The notes under the pieces are model-generated. The model did no database searches. It saw only the letters and a list, made by a program, of their open reading frames with translations, and had not been told where the DNA came from. Source: Spirochaetia bacterium (GTDB lineage: Bacteria > Spirochaetota > Spirochaetia > SZUA-6 > Bin103). Taken from it: DNA of 64,000 nucleotides. The DNA is taken from positions 448,001 to 512,000 of the forward strand of contig CBDBOV010000001.1 of the NCBI GenBank assembly GCA_965208575.1. The letters are read 5' to 3'. The first letter of the stretch is position 1, and every line of letters starts with the position of its first letter. Both the position numbers and the translations under genes were made by a program. Of this stretch, positions 19,425 through 28,873 are shown piece after piece.

Positions 19425-20957
19425 CTATTTCCCTGAGACTCCAGCCCGCCGCCCCGAAACCGCCCCCTGCGGCGCCGCTCCCGGCCGAGTCCGCCCGCAC
19501 GAAGAGCCGGCCGAGTCGGCCAGGCTCTCGATGCACCATTCGAACGAACCGGGGCCGGTGCGCTCCAGCATGCCCGCGACGAACCGGCGCATCCCGGCCA
19601 CGCGTTCGGCGCACGCCGGCGACTGCGCGCGGTTGTACATTTCCGCCGGGTCGGTGGCGAGATCGTACAGCTCGTCGATCTCGAAGCGGTTCCACACGTA
19701 CTTCCAGCCGTCCGCGACCACCATGACGTGCGCGGCGAGCTGCGCCGGGTCGCGGTCGCCCTCGTAGATCGCCGCGGCGCCGGCGACCTCCGCGAACACG
19801 GGAGCCGGCTCGGGGACGGCGCCGGCCATGATCGCGGGCGCCATCGACCGGCCTTCCAGGGAGGCCGACGCGGGCGCTCCGACGAGATCGAGCAGGGTGG
19901 GCACCAGGTCCACCCCGCCGAACGGAGTCGTGACGCGCTGCCCGGCCGGTATCGCCTCCGGCCAGGAGATCAGGCACGGCACGCGCACCGACTCCTCGTA
20001 CATCAGCGCCTTCTCCACGAAGCCGTGGTTGCCGAGCATCTCGCCGTGGTCGCTGTTCACCACGAAGATAGTGCGGTCGAGGCGCCCGGCCCGTTCGAGC
20101 GTCGCGACCAGGCGCCCGATCTGCCGGTCGACGTGGGTGACGAGCGCGTAGTAGTAGCGCATCACGGTGCGGAACTCCTCTTCCGTGACCGAGCCCGGCG
20201 GGACGCGGCCGCGGCGCCCGGCCTGCGAACGCGGCTTGCCTTCCAGCGGGTCGTGGAAGTTGTGCGGGAACGGCAGCCGGTCCGGGTCGAAGAGGGCGAG
20301 CAACTCCGGTGGTGGGATGATCGGTGGATGCGGGTCCTTGACGCCGACGAGCAGGAACAGCGGCTGGTCGCGGTCGCGTTCCAGGACGGCGAGCGCCTGG
20401 TCGACGGTCCAGGTGGTGCGCTGCTGGCGTGGGTCGGTCAGCACGCCGAGCGGCATCTCGCGGCCGTAGCGGAATATCCCCGGAGCATCCAGGGCGTAGG
20501 GGTTGGCGATGCCCTGCTCTTCCAGGTCGCCGAAGAAGGGGCCGGGGAGGTTCTCGTAGATGTAGCTGAAGCAGCACCAGTGGTCGGTAAAGCCGTGCGC
20601 GGGAACGGCGTCGTCGCTCAGGTGCCACACCCCCACGTTGCCGCACGCATAGCCGTGCTGCTGCAACAGGTCGGCGATGGTCACGCACCGGTCGGACAGC
20701 GTACAGCCGTCGATCCCCTCGCGCGAGGGCGCGTAGTTGTTGCACAGCCGGTGGGTGTGCGGGTAGGTGCCGGTGAGCCAGCTCGCCCGCGCCGGCGAGC
20801 ACAGCGGGGAAGCACAGTACGCGCTCTCGAACCACGCGCCGCGCTCCGCCAGGCGGTCGATGTTGGGGGTGCGCACCGCCGGGTTGCCGGCGTACCCGAC
20901 CGCATCCCGGCGCAACTGGTCGCACATGACCCATACGATGTCCGGGCGTGCGCTCAC
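19425..20957 (-). CDS. Cys-type (formylglycine) sulfatase
   Basis: CSPARASWLTG, SDHGEMLGNHG, YEESVRVP. Confidence 0.92.
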   Translation of the reverse strand: MSARPDIVWVMCDQLRRDAVGYAGNPAVRTPNIDRLAERGAWFESAYCASPLCSPARASWLTGTYPHTHRLCNNYAPSREGIDGCTLSDRCVTIADLLQQHGYACGNVGVWHLSDDAVPAHGFTDHWCCFSYIYENLPGPFFGDLEEQGIANPYALDAPGIFRYGREMPLGVLTDPRQQRTTWTVDQALAVLERDRDQPLFLLVGVKDPHPPIIPPPELLALFDPDRLPFPHNFHDPLEGKPRSQAGRRGRVPPGSVTEEEFRTVMRYYYALVTHVDRQIGRLVATLERAGRLDRTIFVVNSDHGEMLGNHGFVEKALMYEESVRVPCLISWPEAIPAGQRVTTPFGGVDLVPTLLDLVGAPASASLEGRSMAPAIMAGAVPEPAPVFAEVAGAAAIYEGDRDPAQLAAHVMVVADGWKYVWNRFEIDELYDLATDPAEMYNRAQSPACAERVAGMRRFVAGMLERTGPGSFEWCIESLADSAGSSCGRTRPGAAPQGAVSGRRAGVSGK

Positions 20958-20975
20958 CGGGTTAGGGTCATCGCG

Positions 20976-21302
20976 TCAGGGACCGGAGGCCATCGGCAGG
21001 CCGGCGTCCTGCCAGTCCTGCTTTCCCGCGCCGTACTCGAGGACGTCGTGGAAACCGAAGAAGGCCAGCTTGCGCGCCGCCAGGCCGCTGGCCGCGCACG
21101 CCTGGTCGGCGCAATACAGGATGAGCTGCTGCTCGGGCCGGTAGCGCTGCCGGGAGGTGGCGCCGATCCGCTCCAGCGGGATGTTCACCGCGCCGGCGAT
21201 GTGGCTGCGCCGGAACTCCTCTTCCGGCATCACCTCGACCAGCACCGCGTCGCCCTCCGCCAGCAGGCGCCGCACCTCTTCGCGGTCGATCACGCGCGCC
21301 AC
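20976..21302 (-). CDS. rhodanese-like domain protein
   Basis: SHIAGAVNIP, LYC, G..DW..AGLP. Confidence 0.85.
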   Translation of the reverse strand: MARVIDREEVRRLLAEGDAVLVEVMPEEEFRRSHIAGAVNIPLERIGATSRQRYRPEQQLILYCADQACAASGLAARKLAFFGFHDVLEYGAGKQDWQDAGLPMASGP

Positions 21303-21312
21303 CGTGGCGCGC

Positions 21313-22839
21313 CTACATCGGGCCGACGCGGCGGGTGCCCACGTCGACGGCGGCCATGGCGGCGGCGTAGCTGCCCAGCAGCAGGTCGGCCTTCAGCGCC
21401 GCGTGGTCCGGGTCGTCCCACAGGTTGTCGAACTCGCACCGGTCGCGCTCCAGGTCGTACAGCTCGCCCAGGCCGTGGCCGTGGTACACCACCAGCTTGT
21501 AGCGCCCGCGCCGGTACATGGTGGCACGCGTGGCGTCGGGCGCGTCGATGGCGTCGAAGTACTCGCACCATACGGCGTCGCGGTGGCGGTCGAGCGGTGC
21601 GCTGCCGGTGCCCATCGGCAGCAGCGAGCGGCCCTGCATCCAGTCCGGCACCGGCTCGCCGGCCGCCTCCAGCAGGGTGGGCGCCAGGTCGGTGAGCTCC
21701 ACCAGCGCGTCGCTCCGCTGCGAGGCGCGGATCTCCCCCGGCCAGGACAGGATCAGCGGCACCCGCACCAGCCCCTCGTAGAAACGGCAGCCCTTCTGGA
21801 TCAGGCCGTGGTCGCCGAGCATCTCGCCGTGGTCGCTGGTGAAGATCACCAGCGTGTCGTCCGCCTGGCCGGACGCGCGCAGGGCATCAAGCATGCGCCC
21901 AACCTGGTCGTCGATCAGCTCGATCATCGCGTAGTAGGCGGCCTGCAGGGTGCGGGCGTCGCGCGCGGTGGCATGCGCCGGCATGGCGGACGCATCGCCG
22001 CCCGGCACATCCGCCGCCGCGGCGCCTTCCCGTCCGGGCGACACCGGGATAACCGGGCTGCGGATGTCCAGGTCGTCCGGCGGACGGCCCTTGGACTGGA
22101 AGTCGACCGCCGCCAGCGCCGCCTGCTGGGCCAGGTCGCTGTCACGAAACAGCGGCCCCGGCATCGCCGCCGGATCGTAGCGGTCACGGTACTCCTGCGG
22201 CGGGTTGAACGGCGGGTGCGGATCGTAGATGTTCACGCACGCCAGCCACGGGGTATCGGGGGTATCGGCGGCGCGCTGCTCGCCGGTGATGAACTCGATG
22301 GTGCGCTCGGCGGCCCAGGTGGTCTGGTGCAGCGGCGCCGGCACGCCGGCCGGGTCCTGGATCAGTTCGCCGAGCACGGCGCCGCGCTGCCGCACCCAGT
22401 CGGCGTAGTCGTGGCCCACCGGCCAGTCGTCGCGCGGTCCGTGGCTGTAGCGCCAGTAGCGGTAGCCGTCGTCGGCGCGCGGCTCGGTGCGCCCGTAGGC
22501 GCTCGCCAGGTGCAGCTTGCCGATCAGCCCGCAGTCATAGCCGGCGTCGGCGAGCAGCCGCGTCACCAGCGGGAAACGGCCCACGAACGTGTCGTTGCCG
22601 TTGCGCGTGTTGTGGCAGGTGCTCGGGTAGGTGCCGGTCAGGAAGCTGGCGCGGCTCGGCGTGCAGATCGGGCTCTGGCAGTAGGCGTGGGTGAACGCGG
22701 TGCCGGAGCGCCACAACTCGTCCAGGTGCGGTGTGCGCACATGGCGGTTGCCCTGCGCGCCGAGCGTGTCGTAGCGCTGCTGGTCGGTGCACAGCCACAG
22801 GATGTTGGGCCGCTTCGGCCGCCGCGGCGTGCCGCTCAC
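21313..22839 (-). CDS. Cys-type sulfatase
   Basis: PNILWLCTDQQR, CTPSRASFLTG, GKLHL, SDHGEMLGDHG. Confidence 0.93.
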   Translation of the reverse strand: MSGTPRRPKRPNILWLCTDQQRYDTLGAQGNRHVRTPHLDELWRSGTAFTHAYCQSPICTPSRASFLTGTYPSTCHNTRNGNDTFVGRFPLVTRLLADAGYDCGLIGKLHLASAYGRTEPRADDGYRYWRYSHGPRDDWPVGHDYADWVRQRGAVLGELIQDPAGVPAPLHQTTWAAERTIEFITGEQRAADTPDTPWLACVNIYDPHPPFNPPQEYRDRYDPAAMPGPLFRDSDLAQQAALAAVDFQSKGRPPDDLDIRSPVIPVSPGREGAAAADVPGGDASAMPAHATARDARTLQAAYYAMIELIDDQVGRMLDALRASGQADDTLVIFTSDHGEMLGDHGLIQKGCRFYEGLVRVPLILSWPGEIRASQRSDALVELTDLAPTLLEAAGEPVPDWMQGRSLLPMGTGSAPLDRHRDAVWCEYFDAIDAPDATRATMYRRGRYKLVVYHGHGLGELYDLERDRCEFDNLWDDPDHAALKADLLLGSYAAAMAAVDVGTRRVGPM

Positions 22840-23885
22840 GCGCCGGGCGCGGTCTCCAGGAGGCCGATCTTCTCCAGCACCCGCTGCGCCTTGGTCACGC
22901 CCTCGTAGTTGGGACTCTCGGCGACCACCCGCTTGAGCGCGATGATGGCGTGTTCGTCACCCTGCTCGGCCAGCTCCAGCGCCTCCGCGAACGCGACTTC
23001 GCCGAACCGTGTGTCTCTCTCGACCAGCTCGAATTGCGAGGATCGCCAGTAGTACTTCAGCGCGTCGTCCGCCGGCCAGTCCTCGTACACCTCCTCCCAG
23101 GTGAGGTCCTCGACCAGGTGCGGGAGAAGCTGCTGTTCCGATACCGGCAGGCCGTCGCGCTGGTAGCGGTTGTCGAGCGAGACGCGCAGCCGATCCTCGG
23201 TCAGGTTGGGCAGCGCGCCGTGCACCATCAGGCAACCGAAGATCAGCGTGTCGCCGATCTCGAAGTCGCTGCAGCGCGGGATGCCGCGCTCCTCGGGCCG
23301 GGTCACCTTCTGACCGCCGGCGCCGAGCGAGAAGTGGTGGTCCACCACCTTGCCCACCTTGTGGGAGCCCTCCACCACCGCCAGCGGCCCCAGCTCCATG
23401 GGACAGTCGCCGAGCGGGGTCCACGCCGTGATCACCTCCAGGTTGCTCTGGAAGTGGACGAAGTCCTGGTGGAACGGCGTGGTATGCTCGGTGTACTGCG
23501 GAAACCACAGCCGGGTGATCTTCATCGGGTGGGGCAGCACCGGCCCGTCGATGACCGTGCCGATCAGGTCCACCACCTCCGGCCAGTGTCCGGACGCGTG
23601 CATCGAGCGCAGCTTCTGCACGTGCGTGTAGATGCGCGCGTACTCGCGGTTCCCCTCGGTGATCGCCCTGGACGGGTCCACGCGACCCTCCGCCAGGTCG
23701 CTGCCCGGCACCATCCAGTCGCTCGCCCCCCGCAGCGCCTCCAGGATTTCGAGGCGGAGCCGCCACAGCTTGTCGGGATCCTGCAACTTGCGCAGGAACA
23801 GGTAGCCTTCCTCTTTGAACCGCCGGCGCAACTCCACCGGGTCGGACAGCGCGTCGTTGGACACGCGAAACGGCTGCAATTCCAT
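22836..23885 (-). CDS. phytanoyl-CoA dioxygenase (PhyH) family Fe(II)/2OG enzyme
   Basis: TPFHQD, AWTPLGD, GSH, VHGALPN...R.S.D.RYQ. Confidence 0.88.
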   Translation of the reverse strand: MELQPFRVSNDALSDPVELRRRFKEEGYLFLRKLQDPDKLWRLRLEILEALRGASDWMVPGSDLAEGRVDPSRAITEGNREYARIYTHVQKLRSMHASGHWPEVVDLIGTVIDGPVLPHPMKITRLWFPQYTEHTTPFHQDFVHFQSNLEVITAWTPLGDCPMELGPLAVVEGSHKVGKVVDHHFSLGAGGQKVTRPEERGIPRCSDFEIGDTLIFGCLMVHGALPNLTEDRLRVSLDNRYQRDGLPVSEQQLLPHLVEDLTWEEVYEDWPADDALKYYWRSSQFELVERDTRFGEVAFAEALELAEQGDEHAIIALKRVVAESPNYEGVTKAQRVLEKIGLLETAPGA

Positions 23886-23989
23886 ATCGCGCCCACGATA
23901 GCGGCTCACCGGCCGTTGTGCAACGTCCGGCGGACGGCATGGGCTCGAAGATTGGAACGGGCGAGCGGACGGAGCGGACGTATGAGAGT

Positions 23990-24018
23990 TTGACGGGGCG
24001 CGGAGGGGGGACTAAGGT
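23990..24018 (+). promoter_or_regulatory. putative sigma70 promoter of the ABC binding-protein gene
   Basis: TTGACG-17 nt-TAAGGT. Confidence 0.5.
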
Positions 24019-24104
24019 AGTGGATCAGGAGCCGTCCGTCCCGCGCCGCGGTGCGGGAGAGCCGAACGGTTTCACAACACGTGGAGAGTTCAGGGAGGAC
24101 TGTC

Positions 24105-26129
24105 ATGACACATGCGAAATGGTTGGCACTGGCCGTGGCGCTCTGCCTGCCGGCGGCGCTGGCCGCGGCGGGCGGCGAGGAGGAGGGTTCGGCGGTTGCC
24201 GGCGGAGCCATGGCCGCGTCCCCCGAGGTGCAGGCTGCCATCGATTCCGGCACCTGGGTGTGGGCGACGCTGGCCGACTACGAGCAGGACACCGGCAACC
24301 GCCTTACCAGTTTCGGCGAGGCGCCGATGCTGGCGGCGATGGTCGCGGCCGGCGAATTGCCGCCGGTGGAGGAGCGCATCTCCGAGGAGCCGCTGGTGAT
24401 CAACCCGTTCGACGAGATCGGCACTTACGGCGGCACGCTGCGTACCGCGTCGCTGGGCCCCGGCTACAATGACTTCACGCCGATCCGGGGGCTGGCGGGG
24501 GTGATCCAGACCGCCAACCGCGGCCCGGGCGCGCCGCACGAGAACGTCCCCTACGGCTACAAGGGCTGGGAGATCTCCGACGACGGCATGACCTTCACCA
24601 TGTTCCTGCGCCGCGGCGCCAAGTGGTCGGACGGGCATCCACATACCGCCGAGGACGTGGAGTTCTGGGGCGAGTTCTTCTGGCATCCCGATTACGCGGG
24701 CTGGGATCAGAGCAACTTCGGTCCGGTCGCATCGGTGGAGAAGGTGGATGACTACACCGCCCGCCTGACCTTCACCCGTCCCAACCCCACCTTCATGGGC
24801 TGGGTCGAGTTCTGGGGCGGCTGGTACCCGTTCCGCTATCCCAAGCACTACCTGTCCCAGTACCACCCCGAGTACAACGACGACGCGGAAGCGCTGGCCA
24901 AGGAGGAGGGCTTCGAATCGTGGCTGCAGTCGTTTCGCGCCCATTCCGACAGCGGTGACTTCGGCCAGAAGGACTTCGACCTGCCCACCATGCGGTCATG
25001 GGGTGTGATCGACATCACCGCCACCTACTCGCTGATGGAGCGCAACCCCTACTTCTGGGCTATCGATCCGGCCGGCAACCAGCTCCCCTACATCGACCGG
25101 CTGCGCGTCGAGGTGGTCAACGACCAGGAGGGCTACAACCTGAAGGCGATCGCCGGCGAGATCGACATCGCCCAGTTCGGCCTGGAGGCCGCCAACGTCA
25201 GCCTGTACAAGGAAAACGAGGAGAAGGGCGACTACCAGCTCCTGATGTGGAAGGCGCCGGACGGCTCGGAGGCGGCGTACGGCTTCAACATGACCCACTC
25301 CGACCCGGTGCTGCGCGAGATCTTCCAGGACATCCGCTTCCGGCAGGCGATGTCGCTGGCCATCAACCGCGACGAGATCAACACGCTGCTGTACTTCGAC
25401 CTCGGCGACGTGCGGCAGGCGGCGATGAACCCCGACAACAGCTACTACAAGCAGGAGTGGGCGGAGCGGTTCGTCGACTACGACCCCGACCGCGCCAACG
25501 CGCTGCTCGACGAGATGGGCTTGGCCTGGAACGGCGACGGCACGGTGCGGCTGCGCCCCGACGGTGAGCCACTGCGCATCCGGCTGTGGATCAACCAGCG
25601 CCGGCCCACGCTGATCAACACCGGCGAGCTGGTGGAGGCGCACTGGGAGGCGGTCGGCGTGGACGTCGACTTCCAGGGCAGAGACGGCCCGTTCGTGGGC
25701 CAGATGGTGCGCGCCAACGAGCATGATGTGCAGAGCTGGCACCTGCGCCGCACCAACGAGAGCAAGGGCTTTCAGGCGCACAACAAGTTTCTCTCCGGCG
25801 ACGGCGTGGAGTTCGGGCGCCTCTGGGAGCAGTGGCACCAGAGCGGCGGCGAACAGGGCGAGGAGCCGCCGGAGAAGATCAAGCGCCTGTACGAACTGGG
25901 CGAGCTGTGGCTGGCGTCCACCAACGACGCGGACTACAACCGCTACGCCGAGGAGTTGTTCGACCTGGCCAGCGAGGAGCTGCTGATCATCGGCACCGTC
26001 GGCTTCGTGCCGTTGCCGGTGATCGTGCAGAACAAGGTGGGCAACTTCCCGCGCGACGTGCGCTGGATCGGCGACGACACGCAGTTCCTGCGCGACGTCA
26101 AGCCGGACACCTGGTTCCTGCGCCAGTAG
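24105..26129 (+). CDS. ABC transporter substrate-binding protein, family 5
   Basis: Signal peptide, GELPPVEER, GTYGGTLR, KWSDG.P.TAEDV, RNPYFW..D.AGNQLPYID, FRQAMSLAINR. Confidence 0.93.
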   Translation: MTHAKWLALAVALCLPAALAAAGGEEEGSAVAGGAMAASPEVQAAIDSGTWVWATLADYEQDTGNRLTSFGEAPMLAAMVAAGELPPVEERISEEPLVINPFDEIGTYGGTLRTASLGPGYNDFTPIRGLAGVIQTANRGPGAPHENVPYGYKGWEISDDGMTFTMFLRRGAKWSDGHPHTAEDVEFWGEFFWHPDYAGWDQSNFGPVASVEKVDDYTARLTFTRPNPTFMGWVEFWGGWYPFRYPKHYLSQYHPEYNDDAEALAKEEGFESWLQSFRAHSDSGDFGQKDFDLPTMRSWGVIDITATYSLMERNPYFWAIDPAGNQLPYIDRLRVEVVNDQEGYNLKAIAGEIDIAQFGLEAANVSLYKENEEKGDYQLLMWKAPDGSEAAYGFNMTHSDPVLREIFQDIRFRQAMSLAINRDEINTLLYFDLGDVRQAAMNPDNSYYKQEWAERFVDYDPDRANALLDEMGLAWNGDGTVRLRPDGEPLRIRLWINQRRPTLINTGELVEAHWEAVGVDVDFQGRDGPFVGQMVRANEHDVQSWHLRRTNESKGFQAHNKFLSGDGVEFGRLWEQWHQSGGEQGEEPPEKIKRLYELGELWLASTNDADYNRYAEELFDLASEELLIIGTVGFVPLPVIVQNKVGNFPRDVRWIGDDTQFLRDVKPDTWFLRQ

Positions 26130-26187
26130 CGGGATCGGCGAGTCCCGGAGCGGTCCCCTTTAGCCGCCTCCGGGGCTCCACTCTCGG

Positions 26188-27033
26188 TTACCCGCCGCCC
26201 GCGGCCTCGGCGTCGCGGGCGATGCGGCTCAGGATGCCCTTGACGATGATGTCGAGTTGCCCGTTCCGGGAGTAGTCGGCGGGCGCAACGAAGTCGACGC
26301 GACGGTCGGCGATCAGGCGGTGGATCTTGTCCAGGTGCTCGGGGCTGGTGCGCGGGTCGTACACGGCGATGGCGCAGCCGCCCTTGTAGGTGACCATCTT
26401 CATTGCCGGCACGTCGGTGTCGCCGTCACCGATGAAGATGATGCGGCCGAAGGGAACGGCGCGAGCCTCCTTGGCCATGTAACGGTTCATCGCCGCGCTG
26501 TCCCAGTGATTGTCGATGCCGCGGTTGATTCGAAACAGGTACTGCGTCTTGGTGGTGTAGTTGATCGCCACGCCGGGCCAGATCGCCTCGTTGTGTTCGT
26601 TGTAGATAAACTTGGAGGCGAACACGTCGTGAAACTGGTCCACGATTGCGCAGCCGCGGATCATCTCCTCCACCCCCGACGAAAGTATATAGTGCTCCAG
26701 CGCCAGGCCGCAGTCGGCGGCGTGCGCGTTGATGCGCCGGAACCATGACCTGTCGGCCAAGCCCGGAAACAGTTCCACCGTGGCGCCGTGCGCGCGCAGC
26801 GCTTGCCGGGTGATCGGGATGCCCCGTTCGGTCGACTTCTCCAGCATGAGGCGCATGTAAGCCAGGATCTGGTCGGCGTCCTCGACCTGGGCGCGCATAT
26901 TGGACTCCCGCCAGAACGCCTCGTTGGACATCCCGAGTGCGGAGATGAAGCCGTGCTCCTGCAGGTTGCCGGGGGCGAGGGTGCCGTCGAAGTCGTAGAT
27001 CAGCGCCGTGCGCTGCAGTTCGGCGCGGTTCAC
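26188..27033 (-). CDS. HAD-superfamily hydrolase
   Basis: YDFDGTL, SSG, KTQYLFRIN, IGDGDTDVP. Confidence 0.88.
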   Translation of the reverse strand: MNRAELQRTALIYDFDGTLAPGNLQEHGFISALGMSNEAFWRESNMRAQVEDADQILAYMRLMLEKSTERGIPITRQALRAHGATVELFPGLADRSWFRRINAHAADCGLALEHYILSSGVEEMIRGCAIVDQFHDVFASKFIYNEHNEAIWPGVAINYTTKTQYLFRINRGIDNHWDSAAMNRYMAKEARAVPFGRIIFIGDGDTDVPAMKMVTYKGGCAIAVYDPRTSPEHLDKIHRLIADRRVDFVAPADYSRNGQLDIIVKGILSRIARDAEAAGGG

Positions 27034-28796
27034 GGCGCCGATCCGGTAAGTGCGGTCGCGTGTGCGATGCCCGTGCCGCGGCCGCGGCCCTGGTGGTTGC
27101 CGGCGTCACGGAGCGGCGGTGCCTCCGGCTCCCGGGTGATCACGATGCGGGTGCCGGCGGCCGGTGCGGCGAACGCGACCTGTTCGCCATCCGGCCACAG
27201 CACGGTAAGCGTGCCGCCCGGCAGGTGGCCGCCGCCGAGCCCGAAGTGGGCCTCCGGTGGGTCGCCGGACAGGTAGCCGCTGCCGCTGCGCAGTTCGCGT
27301 GTCTGCACGCCCTGCCTGCTTTCCAGGTGCAGCCGCGCGCCCACGGCGAACGGGTTGGCCGACCCCGGCCAGCGCAGCGCCACCTGCGCGCTTCGGCCGC
27401 CGCACAGCCGGTTCTCGTACAGCACCGCCGGCGCGCCGATGTTGTTGATCACGATGTCCAGGTCGCCGTCGCGGTCGAAGTCCGCCATGCTCATGCCGCG
27501 ACCGCCGGCGGTGTCGCCCAGCCCCCACTCCGGCGCCGCCGTGAAGTGGCCGCTGCCATCGTTGCGGAACGCCAGGTTCTCCTCCACCAGCTCGTTGCCC
27601 GGTAGGTGGCCGAACATGTCGGCGGCAATCATGCCGTTGACCACGTACAGGTCGGCGAAGCCGTCGTTGTCCAGGTCGCCGAACTTGGCCGACCAGCTCC
27701 AGCCGGTGGCATCCACGCCGCGCGCCGCCGCCTCGTTCGCGAAGCGGAGCTGGCCGCCGCCCGGCTCGCCGGCCGCCGTGCGGCGCAGCAGAACATTCTC
27801 GTTGATCTGCCGCGAACCGCGCCGCGGCTTCTCGTAGTAACGGTACACCGGCTCCCAGGCTGTTTCGGTAGCCGCGTCCGGGCGAAACGGCTTCATGTCG
27901 GCGGCGAACAGCTCCTCGCTGCCGTCGTTGTCCAGGTCGGCGATGTCGAAGCTCATGGTGTTGCGCGCCGTGGCCGCGAACGGTTCCGACAACTCCCAGC
28001 CGTCGCCGCGGCGCAGGTACACGTAGTCCTCGCGGTCGAAGTCGTTGCCGACCAGGATGTCTGCCAGCCCGTCGCCGTCCAGGTCGGTGAACAGCAGCGC
28101 CAGCGCCTCGGCGGTGTTGACCAGCGAGCGCGGTTCCAGCCTCCCCGCGGCCCGCTCGTAGTAGACCACGCCGCTGCCGAACAGCACGTTGCCCATCTCC
28201 TCCACCATCTCCGCGTCGTAGGTGGCCGACGCGATGTCCAGGTCGCCGTCGCGGTCGGCGTCGGCCCACGCCATGGTCATGGCAGGATACCACGCCCCGA
28301 AGCGGTCCGCGGGCGCAAAGTTGGCGGCGCCGTCGCCCAGCCACAGTTGCGGCGGCGTGTGCGGGCGGGTGAACACGAGGTCGAGCGCGCCGTCGGCGTT
28401 CTCGTCCACCAGGAACACCGCGCGCGTGCGCGAGTTGGCGATTGTCGCCGTCTCGAACACCGGTCCGCCACCGGCCCACGGCGCGCCGGCGTTGATCAGT
28501 ACCGTGCCGGGCCCCACCAGGTTGGCGAATGCGATGTCCAGGTCGCCGTCGCCGTCGACGTCGCCCACCGCCACCCCCGAGCCGATGCCGGCGAACGGGC
28601 TTCCGGACTCGGCGTCGAAGGGCGATGCGTGCGGCAACTCATGGCGCACGAACCGTGCCGTGCCGACGCAGACCGGCTCGGCAAATCGGGTGACGGCGAA
28701 GCGGTAGCCGGGCGGCGGCGAACTCTGAGCGGCGGCGTCGCCCGCGAACAGCGCCGTCGCCAGGAGCGTCGCGGTCACCAGCGCTGTCGGCGCCAC
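27030..28796 (-). CDS. CRTAC1/ASPIC-UnbV family FG-GAP repeat protein
   Basis: Repeated D.DGDG..D motifs and C-terminal SGSGYLS....AHFGLG. Signal peptide follows the GTG at 28796. Confidence 0.88.
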   Translation of the reverse strand: MAPTALVTATLLATALFAGDAAAQSSPPPGYRFAVTRFAEPVCVGTARFVRHELPHASPFDAESGSPFAGIGSGVAVGDVDGDGDLDIAFANLVGPGTVLINAGAPWAGGGPVFETATIANSRTRAVFLVDENADGALDLVFTRPHTPPQLWLGDGAANFAPADRFGAWYPAMTMAWADADRDGDLDIASATYDAEMVEEMGNVLFGSGVVYYERAAGRLEPRSLVNTAEALALLFTDLDGDGLADILVGNDFDREDYVYLRRGDGWELSEPFAATARNTMSFDIADLDNDGSEELFAADMKPFRPDAATETAWEPVYRYYEKPRRGSRQINENVLLRRTAAGEPGGGQLRFANEAAARGVDATGWSWSAKFGDLDNDGFADLYVVNGMIAADMFGHLPGNELVEENLAFRNDGSGHFTAAPEWGLGDTAGGRGMSMADFDRDGDLDIVINNIGAPAVLYENRLCGGRSAQVALRWPGSANPFAVGARLHLESRQGVQTRELRSGSGYLSGDPPEAHFGLGGGHLPGGTLTVLWPDGEQVAFAAPAAGTRIVITREPEAPPLRDAGNHQGRGRGTGIAHATALTGSAP

Positions 28797-28835
28797 CCTG
28801 AAACTACCCCTCGTCAAGCTACTGCTTGCACTCTG

Positions 28836-28873
28836 ACAAACTATTGTTTGTACCCCCACAAACTACTGTTTGT
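28836..28873. promoter_or_regulatory. tandem palindromic operator-like sites ACAAAC-N4-GTTTGT
   Basis: Copies at 28836-28851 and 28858-28873, 22 bp apart, upstream of the CRTAC1-like gene. Confidence 0.55.
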
